Shown: piece by piece, positions 56,272-64,000 of the stretch | Layout of the letters: each line of letters begins with the position of its first letter | How positions within the stretch are numbered: the stretch's first letter is position 1 | NCBI GenBank assembly: GCA_004764695.1 | Contig: SMSO01000025.1 | Span: forward strand, 5,372,862-5,436,861 | Origin: Schizochytrium sp. TIO01 | Taxonomy: Eukaryota; Protista; Bigyra: Labyrinthulomycetes | DNA: 64,000 nucleotides | Reading direction: 5' to 3' | Notes under the pieces: model-generated | The model's input: only the letters and a program-made list of their open reading frames with translations | The model's database searches: none | What the model was told of the DNA's origin: nothing | Translations under genes and position numbers: made by a program

Positions 56272-59200
56272 TTATGTATGGAAATGAGGAATCGTAATTT
56301 GCTCCTCGCTATGAAATTTGATATTGCAATGCTTACAAATGTAAGCATTGCAAGTTTGGCACCATCGAGTGGTCTTCCGTGGATTACGATATGGATGGTC
56401 TGGCGCCGATCCCCGTTCGCAATCAACACAACACATAATGCAGGCTCCCCTCTTCTTGAACTTGCCCACGCATTCATGCTGTCCAACTAAACGAGTTTGT
56501 AGAAGTTCTGGGAGTCGTGACTTACTGTATTGATACTGTTGCGGCGATTCTAGCGAGGCTGTAGAAGTAGGCGAAATGGTGTTATCAGTTGCTCTCCAGC
56601 AGAATTCTATGTCAGACATGGAACAAGTATTGTCAAATGGGTAAAGGGATTCCATTGAGACAACCCTAATTTCTTCTGCGAGACTACTTAGATAGCCTCT
56701 ATAGCAGCACAGATTTTTGCGTAGCATTGACCATTCCGTAATTGTTTTACACTTCGATGTGAGGTTCCGATGCTCCATTGAGAGGAGCTGATACGCTCGA
56801 AACGAGTTGTATAAAATATAGTCAATGAATGTTAAACAAACCAAAGCATTAGGAGTCAGCTTTGAAGTACGAATGCTCGCTCCATTGATAGTTTTTCTAG
56901 TGATATCAACTCCGCCCATCATCTTATTCCAGACACTAACAGTCAAAGGCAGTAGGCGTTTGCAAGGCGGTGGGGTTCCGTTGACCAGCACGTCGTCACT
57001 ATGCCTCCGCCAAAGCTGCAAAGCGAGTTCGGCACTGTGTAAATCCACAGCATAACCCCAGTCTGGTGATTGGTCTGGTGCAAAACGAGGAAACCTACCA
57101 AGTTGATTGCCATAAGCAAAGCCCATGTATTCATCACTCAACGCTTTGAAATACTCACGCCATGACTGGCGCTGGGCACATGAGACTTTGATTAGCACTC
57201 CTTGCATGATTTCCTCAGTTGTGGCATATATAAGGAGGGTGTAAGGGACATCTAAAGTAGCTGCATGATGGATACACTGAGTTCGAAACGACGGATTTGG
57301 GACTAACGACTCGAACTCACTTGTTCCACATTTGCATTCGTGCCACGCACTCTGACCAGCAACTCGAGACTTTAACTCATCTATAGTTTTGGCATTTGTA
57401 CTTGTTTTGATTTCTAAGGCAAATACATCATCTATAACAAAATTGTTTCCTTCTAGCTCTGTATTCCTCAAAAGAACAGCTGCACCGTCGGGTGAGTCTG
57501 CTACAAATTGGACTTCCCGATTAATAATCAGACCATATTTGCGTAGCTGGAGAATACAGAATTTATTGGAACTTGCTTTCTTAACCCATCTGGAAAGATC
57601 TTTCGCCACGTCTGCCTCATTTTCAATCCCCAAAGCCAGTGGGTTTTTATGATTCGAAAACCCATTTTGAATAGGCTTCATAAACCAACTTGGTGTGATT
57701 GTTCTAAGAAATGATTTCTGGCGTTCCTCGAAAGTGCATGTATGGTTATCATCAATCGTTTCAGAATTGTGCAAGGGAAAGCTGTCCCCAATGTCACTAC
57801 TGTCACTCATTTCCAGCAGGTCTTGAGTAGTGGACTCCTGAGATGCATGCTGAGGGTGTATGTCTTCCTGTAAGGAAGATAGTTCTCCGTTTGAGACCGT
57901 TTCATGATCTATAGTTCTTGATAGGATGTCTACGATCCGCTTGGCTAGTTCGATCTTTTTGCCATCAGTCTTTGCACCTACATCCAAAGAAAGTAACTTT
58001 TGGATAAGCTCATTTTTGTTCATACGTTGCATCCAGTATGTATATTCAAGAATAAGACCCTCCCCTTGACGCTTCCTTTTATATTGCTTCTGAGCTCCTT
58101 CAGATGAATAAGAAGAACGCTTATTAGGACGGGGGAATAATGAGATAATTCGTTGCGGGTCAAGACAAGCGAACGATTTCACATCGTGGTGTAAGGCCAT
58201 AAGCTCATCCGAATGAACGAATGGAGCATTTTTAAAGTTGATACAGGTAAAAGCACCGGTGCTTGTAATTCTAAATTGCCGAGCCATAAACCAGTCAGGT
58301 GTTCTTTGGGAAATTGTCATTGAGAAGATATTGGCGTTCACAAGGTTAATTTTATGATTAGCTTGTGCCTTCATCTTATATGTACTCATGTCACACGGCT
58401 CTATCTCAATCTCAGCATGTGGAACGCGCTTTACACCACCTGGTGAGTTCCAATCTACTCCAGCAGGAAGTACTTCGTAACTCCAAACTTGGTCAGCCAA
58501 ACAACGGTCGTTCGTGATGAGTTGTGCAACTCTATGCTTTCCCGCACCGTGACGCATCATCATCGCAGCAACAAAATCGCCATTCTGGTATCTTTGAGCG
58601 GTGTAGGTGCTTCGACGGCCATTCCTGTTAATGATAGTTTGACTTCCCCTCACAGGCGTAGCAGGAACTGGTCCTTCAACATCTATAAACGGGAATGACG
58701 AGGTCTTGCGACAAGTTCCAAGAAATTTGACTCCCTTTGACTGAAGAATTTGAGTTATGTTTGTTGCACGATCCATATCCTGAGGTTTCGATAATGCCAG
58801 ATAACCACGATCAATGAATACACGAAGCTCTGAAGACACAGACGCATCAGGGCTTTCTCCTGACTCCCCCTCATTCAGAAAATCTATTGCCTTGCTTACA
58901 ATTTTATGAACAGGTGAGTGGGAAGTCTCTAACCGTGGTACTAGGAGCAGACCTGTACCCACAGAGCACACAAGATGTATCACGGGTTTCTGTTTTTTTG
59001 TTTTCGTTGGAATGGTACGAATTCCAAAATTCTCCCACTGAGGAGAACCATAGGGAAGCTTGTCGTCATCAAGATCGATCCAAGTGGTTTTAGGGACAAA
59101 GAACATCTTCACCCAATGGCGCTGAGCAGCACCTCCCATTTCATGGATGATCGGACTTGAGGAGCATACTCTAGCCTCGCGTGACCCTTTTGTTGCCCGA

Positions 59201-59787
59201 TTGGACTTGTCCAGGCTCATTGCCTTTCGAACTTTTGAATAGGATACCGTATGGGCTAGATTCCAATGACCTGGTGGGTCCTCAAGACACTCCGAGAACG
59301 ACTTTCCTGCAACTCGCAGAGAAATTTCAACGAGAAGGTAGGCACGGAAATCTTGATCCGTGATAGAAAATGGCGGAGATGCGTTTGAGCTAAGACTATT
59401 CAACCATTCCTTAACTGCAATCACCCAGCCTGGCGGCAAACAAATCTTGAAACTATCAAGCCTGGTAAATTTGTAGTTATTGTCAACACGAAGAACCTTT
59501 CGAATCCTTTTAGTAATCTCCGAACTTTCTTGTTGAACCTTGGGGAGCATTAATTCGCTTGAGCAATTGTACTTGAGTTGGACTGCGTTCATGCCAAGTT
59601 GAGACCCAGATAGGTTGCTGTGGTACTTTGCGCCTTCAGTGGAGTAAGATTGAAAGGTCCAGTTTTCATGGCCAGGAGTACTTGCCGATGAACACTCATA
59701 GAGATCGTTCTCGTCTTCATCAGAAGAAGACTCATCAGAGGAAATGTAGATTGAGTCCTTGTCATTCTCGACGTCATCTAGAGACAT
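56272..59787 (-). CDS. piggyBac-type DDD transposase with nested YqaJ/lambda-exonuclease and SAP-like domains and a C-terminal Cys/His zinc finger
   Basis: Acidic N-terminus. WIDLDDD (~D240), VFIDRGY (D326), FLGTCRK, WNKMMGGVD (D961). C-terminal H..CxxC..CxxC..CxxC..FH. The insert contains QRTPDWFMARQFRITST, GIENE, ADSPDG, LEIKT, QCIHH. Confidence 0.85.
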   Translation of the reverse strand: MSLDDVENDKDSIYISSDESSSDEDENDLYECSSASTPGHENWTFQSYSTEGAKYHSNLSGSQLGMNAVQLKYNCSSELMLPKVQQESSEITKRIRKVLRVDNNYKFTRLDSFKICLPPGWVIAVKEWLNSLSSNASPPFSITDQDFRAYLLVEISLRVAGKSFSECLEDPPGHWNLAHTVSYSKVRKAMSLDKSNRATKGSREARVCSSSPIIHEMGGAAQRHWVKMFFVPKTTWIDLDDDKLPYGSPQWENFGIRTIPTKTKKQKPVIHLVCSVGTGLLLVPRLETSHSPVHKIVSKAIDFLNEGESGESPDASVSSELRVFIDRGYLALSKPQDMDRATNITQILQSKGVKFLGTCRKTSSFPFIDVEGPVPATPVRGSQTIINRNGRRSTYTAQRYQNGDFVAAMMMRHGAGKHRVAQLITNDRCLADQVWSYEVLPAGVDWNSPGGVKRVPHAEIEIEPCDMSTYKMKAQANHKINLVNANIFSMTISQRTPDWFMARQFRITSTGAFTCINFKNAPFVHSDELMALHHDVKSFACLDPQRIISLFPRPNKRSSYSSEGAQKQYKRKRQGEGLILEYTYWMQRMNKNELIQKLLSLDVGAKTDGKKIELAKRIVDILSRTIDHETVSNGELSSLQEDIHPQHASQESTTQDLLEMSDSSDIGDSFPLHNSETIDDNHTCTFEERQKSFLRTITPSWFMKPIQNGFSNHKNPLALGIENEADVAKDLSRWVKKASSNKFCILQLRKYGLIINREVQFVADSPDGAAVLLRNTELEGNNFVIDDVFALEIKTSTNAKTIDELKSRVAGQSAWHECKCGTSEFESLVPNPSFRTQCIHHAATLDVPYTLLIYATTEEIMQGVLIKVSCAQRQSWREYFKALSDEYMGFAYGNQLGRFPRFAPDQSPDWGYAVDLHSAELALQLWRRHSDDVLVNGTPPPCKRLLPLTVSVWNKMMGGVDITRKTINGASIRTSKLTPNALVCLTFIDYILYNSFRAYQLLSMEHRNLTSKCKTITEWSMLRKNLCCYRGYLSSLAEEIRVVSMESLYPFDNTCSMSDIEFCWRATDNTISPTSTASLESPQQYQYSKSRLPELLQTRLVGQHECVGKFKKRGACIMCCVDCERGSAPDHPYRNPRKTTRWCQTCNAYICKHCNIKFHSEEQITIPHFHT

Positions 59788-60202
59788 GACACACAGCTGA
59801 CGTTAAACTCAAGCGCCAATGGACCTCTTCGCTGAGGGAAGTGCTGATAGATCCCAAGTAGACTAGCAAGTGGACGATGAAGTAAGGTATGATGTACTTT
59901 TGTTGGTACTGCTGGCACTACATGCTGGCGCAAGATATTATTGATGTTTATCAGTATTAATTGTCTGGTAGAACAGGTACCGTGGGAGAACCTAACGACC
60001 ATGTGTCAAATACCTGTTAACCTAACCACCACCTAACCGCCACTGAGAATGTCATTGTTTGGTCCTAAACTCAACTATCAATCGGAGAATCATGAGAACA
60101 TGATAACATATGGACAGGTGAGGTCGGGGAGGGTAAACTAAACGAGTTTCATCCCGAACAGAGCTAGACTGTTGAATTGATCAATGACTCAAGTAGGTAC
60201 AT

Positions 60203-60291
60203 ATTTTTCGGGACGTAATAAGTCCTTAAATACTCTACCGGGAAAATTAAAGTTTATCCGATTTTTCGGGACGTAATACGTCCCGAAAAAT
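60203..60291. repeat. Subterminal palindromes of the transposon, right side
   Basis: Perfect ATTTTTCGGGACGTA-A-TACGTCCCGAAAAAT (60261-60291) abutting the TIR, plus an imperfect copy at ~60203-60230. Confidence 0.9.
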
Positions 60292-60947
60292 AGCCAGGGT
60301 TAAAAAGCCATAGCTTAAATACTACCTACATTTACTTGAAAACAAATTGGAATAAATATAAAAGGAGGAAAAGAGAAGAAAGTATCGCCATCATTCAGAT
60401 TCGCCATCTCATCTTCAACGTCTGATGAGTCTATCATTCCACCGTTCTTTGTAAGACCATCAGCTCCTTCTCTTGTGTCTGTCTCTGTACATCGGTAAAT
60501 AAATCGAGAGGGCCGCTATATTCGCCGCGGCCAGTGCCCTCGCGTTGTGAAGCAAATCGGATTCCTAGTCAAGTCCGCCAAAACCTGAGCTTTCCTGAGC
60601 TCAGGTTTTGGCCATCGACCTAAACATAGAGAGCTTTCAGCATCGTGTGCCATGAATTCTGCGTTCTGAATTCTGCAGCTTCTTAACTCCACCTCTCAGT
60701 ATTCATTCAACGCATCGCGATCGCCATGGCTATGGCTGCCTGGCTGGCCAATCTCGCGCACCTGCGCCTGTCATCACTCACGAACAAATAACTGATCAAA
60801 GTCCCACGGCAACCTCCTCGAGCCAGAGTTTGTGGCTGACGCTGCGTTGTCGTTGTCGTCGAACCTCCAGAGGTTCTGTCAGCCGGGTCAGTCCCGGTAC
60901 CCCATCATTCCGCAGCCTGTGGCCAACGGGGTGGCACGGTCCTCGCC

Positions 60948-61049
60948 AACTTGAACTTGAACTTGACCTTGACCTTGAACTTGAACTTGAACTTGAACTT
61001 GAACTTGAACTTGAACTTGGACTTGAACTTGGACTTGGACTTGGACTTG
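60948..61049. repeat. (AACTTG/GACTTG/ACCTTG)n hexamer repeat
   Basis: About 17 tandem hexamers. Confidence 0.9.
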
Positions 61050-61332
61050 CTGCCTTCCTAGCGAACCGCCCAAGCCACGGCGTTGATTCCTTTCCCGTTT
61101 TGGTTAGAGTGAGAGCGAGAGCGAGAGCGAAGTGAGAGGCGTTGAGGATTACTTTGTGCCCAAAGCGCATTCGAATCCACCCAAAATCAAGTGTTTCCGA
61201 TTTGCGATTTGAACCACAATTCGTTTCTCGAAAAGAGAAGGAAATTCGAACTTGGACCAACTTGAAGATTTCAAATCCAAGAGGAGAAACGACGAAGGCT
61301 TTGAAGAGTGTTTGAAAGCTTTCTTTCTCAGC

Positions 61333-61333
<1 letters not shown>

Positions 61334-61416
<83 letters not shown>
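61334..61416. repeat. (TTTC)n microsatellite
   Basis: About 20 tetranucleotide units. Confidence 0.9.
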
Positions 61417-61417
<1 letters not shown>

Positions 61418-62430
61418 AAGTTTGGTATGCGGTTCCTACTACTAACTACTATGGTAGAGTTAGAGAGAAAGAGAGAATGGAATGAAATAACTTTCTGTGT
61501 TTCTTACCAACATTTGAAGGAAGATAAAAGGGAATCAAAGGGCCATCATCAGCTTCAGTCAGTCTTCGTTGCTAGCCGATCCCAGCTCTCCGCCGCACAG
61601 TCCGCTCGAGCTTGCAGACCGACCAGCAGCCTCGACCCAGCCAGGCTGGCCAAGGCACTCAGCCCTCACCCGCACTGTCTCTGCAGCGTGGATCAGGGAG
61701 TCTTCACAGAGGATCGATTCGCCACGCTAGATTTGGTTTGATTCTTCTGCTTCTGCTGTCTGTGATTGAGGGTGGATTGTTAAAGTGGTACCTAAAATTA
61801 GTGTACTAACGATTGGGATCTTAAGGTTATATAGACGATTCGATAGGAGGGGCTAGGAGTGTTGGGTATTATGCGTTGGGTACTTCACACAATGGAGACT
61901 AACAAGGCAATCCTGAACGCAGGCCCTGTCCGTGGCGCAGCATCGAAAGCACTTGCCGTGCTGGGAGACAGTGCTGTAGCGAACGCTTCGAAGACACCTG
62001 CAGTTTGAAGAGAGCCCGTGAGCGAAAACCATCTGCAGCACAGCTCGAAAGTGACCTTGAAAGCATCGAGGAGCCAGGACCCGGTTGACAGAGCCAAAAG
62101 CCGCGTCCCGTTTGTTTGTTTGTTTGTTTGTTTGTTTTCTAGTTGTGCCCTCATAAGGATACTTGAGAAAGACGAAACCTGGGGCAAACTTTGGAGGCAG
62201 AATCAAAACCAACGTTTAAGCACGAGACGCTGATCGGGTTGTGATTACGTGCTGTATTTGGGTTGTATATATCATTTTGGGGGGTTGACACTCCTTGCTT
62301 GCAAGAAGTTTTTTGGTTGGTACCTCGCTTTGATTTCTTGCACTTGCTGACTGTACGTTCTCTCGGCTGTCAACTTTTAGCCTAGTAATCTATCAGAGCA
62401 ATTCGTTGGTGCTGCTGCTGGCAAGATAAG

Positions 62431-64000
62431 ATGCCATGGCTCGTACACGATGAGGAAAAACCTGAAGATGACTTATTATTCGTTCATGTACCAAGATGTG
62501 GAGGAACCTCTTTGACAAAGCACTTTGAAGTGGCTAAAAAGTCAAAAAAAGGACTTGGGCCCTGGCGAAAATTTGGCATGCTGTATTGGTGGTACAGATA
62601 TCGACTTCTCGAGAACGCAAATTTCCCACTTGTCACAATAGAAAATGGCATCTTCATTCTGCAGTATGTTATTGCAATTATTCTCTTTACCACAATTCCG
62701 GCATATCACAACGACGAGGATTGTGACCCTTCAACTGAAAACTGTGGGAATGGAATCGCGGCTTATACACTGTTTTCGTCTGGTGCTATGATGTTCCTAA
62801 CATCTACTTTCCTCGCCACTGCACCCATCATTGGCCGTCAAACATTTTGGCGTCGGGCTTATGCGCTCTTCATCACCTATGTTTTGTGCAATTGGACAGG
62901 TTGTGAAAAGTGGCTCGTAGGCTGCAACATTAAAGGTTGGTTTGTGCACTTCACAGCCGCCAAGATGCTCAAACATGGTTCCATTAAAGAGTCCGACCTC
63001 GAGAACTCGTTCGCAATCGTTCGAAACCCGTACAGCCGTATGGTATCCGTGTACATGTACAATCGTTTTGGCCCTCTTGAGTCTTTCAAGTCATTCACTA
63101 AGCGATGGTGCAAACACAAGCTTAAAAAGTACCACGAAACAGGCAGTACGAGTGAGTGGGATGTTTATTGCCACGCATTACCCATGTTTGAGTTCACTCA
63201 CTTGGATGGTGAGCAAATTGTGAAATGCATCATCAAGCAGGAGGAATTACGTACACTTTGGTACCCTGGTCTCACAATTCGATCACGGCGACACCAAAAG
63301 CGCTTGGCTGAGATCCCGCCCAAAGTTGCCGAAGCACTCCAAGGCATGCCTCATGCGAACTCAAGAAAAAGAAGCAAACCCTGGCATGACTATTATGACC
63401 AAGAGCTTGTAGATTTAGTTGCCACGACCTACGCGTTGGACTTTTTCTATTTTGGTTACGATATCAACGTTCCCAACCGCCCCGATTTGAAACCGCCTCC
63501 CATCGAACCCCCTCATGATGTCCACCCGTTTTCAAGCAACCTTGATTTCTCTATTTACAAAGATCAGGACCTTACTGCTCTTGCTCGGAGACCAAGCTCG
63601 CAGTTCTCAGTATCCTCTTCACCGTACGATTCCCGGCGTGACTCAGTCTCTTCAGATTTCTCAACAAAGAAGTCCCCTCACGGACCAAGTACTGCGACAA
63701 GAAATCGACAGGGTTCATCCTTCTCACGCGACCACGACATCTCCGAGGACCATGTTTGTGTTGAAATGCCTCAGCAGCAACTGCAACAACATACAAGCTC
63801 CAAAGTCCTCATGGAGGAAGAAGAGGGTGTGTCACGGGAGCCATCTCTTTCATCAAAATCAACCTCAGCTGAATTGACTGAGCATGTTGTACCGGTACTT
63901 GAGAACCTTCTATGTGGCTCAGATGAGTCTCCATCATCTGGATCTAGCGGGCAGCCAGGTCAGCATATAAGTCCCATAGCACAGCAGGAGAAAAGCCCAC
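62431..64000 (+). CDS. Sulfotransferase (Sulfotransfer_2-like) with internal transmembrane segments; 3' end lies beyond the window
   Basis: Manually translated open frame from ATG 62431 to the window end (523 codons, no stop; absent from the ORF track). Contains LFVHVPRCGGTS (5'-PSB), FAIVRNPYSRMVS (3'-PB), CHALP and HANSRKRSKPWHDYYDQELVDLVATTYALDFFYFGY, followed by a Ser-rich tail. Confidence 0.82.
   Translation, partial: MPWLVHDEEKPEDDLLFVHVPRCGGTSLTKHFEVAKKSKKGLGPWRKFGMLYWWYRYRLLENANFPLVTIENGIFILQYVIAIILFTTIPAYHNDEDCDPSTENCGNGIAAYTLFSSGAMMFLTSTFLATAPIIGRQTFWRRAYALFITYVLCNWTGCEKWLVGCNIKGWFVHFTAAKMLKHGSIKESDLENSFAIVRNPYSRMVSVYMYNRFGPLESFKSFTKRWCKHKLKKYHETGSTSEWDVYCHALPMFEFTHLDGEQIVKCIIKQEELRTLWYPGLTIRSRRHQKRLAEIPPKVAEALQGMPHANSRKRSKPWHDYYDQELVDLVATTYALDFFYFGYDINVPNRPDLKPPPIEPPHDVHPFSSNLDFSIYKDQDLTALARRPSSQFSVSSSPYDSRRDSVSSDFSTKKSPHGPSTATRNRQGSSFSRDHDISEDHVCVEMPQQQLQQHTSSKVLMEEEEGVSREPSLSSKSTSAELTEHVVPVLENLLCGSDESPSSGSSGQPGQHISPIAQQEKSP

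Larger units (their letters stand above)
55811..60299 (-). mobile_element. piggyBac-like DNA transposon, 4489 bp, apparently intact
   Basis: TTAA target-site duplication at 55807-55810 and 60300-60303. Terminal inverted repeat CCCTGGCTA (55811-55819) / TAGCCAGGG (60291-60299). Subterminal palindromes and a single uninterrupted transposase ORF. Confidence 0.9.

Noticed and set aside
58308-59787. Idea that the YqaJ segment is a separate element or intein inserted into the transposase
   Set aside because: No internal TIR/TSD seen, no intein splice motifs (C/S...HN) recognised at plausible boundaries, and the frame is continuous. A stable domain fusion is the simpler reading.
60796-61485. ORFs with KKER, poly-Ser, ELEL and QVQV repeats
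   Set aside because: Translations of the (TTTC)n and hexamer microsatellites.

Overview
Eukaryotic, intron-poor DNA rich in microsatellites. Gene content and style suggest a stramenopile protist such as a thraustochytrid/labyrinthulomycete, but this is inference only. In order, the window holds: (1) a 5'-truncated ORF with Myb/SANT-like motifs; (2) a bacterial-type RimJ/RimL GNAT acetyltransferase; (3) a ~32 kb same-strand array of seven type-I membrane leishmanolysin-like (M8, HExxH...HW...ELMTG) metalloproteases, made of five single-domain genes, one two-domain gene and one six-domain gene built by recent intragenic recombination; (4) housekeeping genes MND1, CDC23/APC8, a SAPS-family protein and the Hsp90 co-chaperone p23; (5) a Frizzled-type cysteine-rich domain fused to a NIPA Mg2+ transporter; (6) an apparently intact 4489-bp TTAA-flanked piggyBac-like transposon; (7) a sulfotransferase ORF missed by the ORF track that runs off the window end. 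The strongest novelty candidate is the transposon. Its 1171-aa transposase carries a complete YqaJ/lambda-exonuclease domain, itself interrupted by a SAP-like module, nested between the 2nd and 3rd catalytic aspartates. All domain calls were made by eye from motifs; no searches were run.
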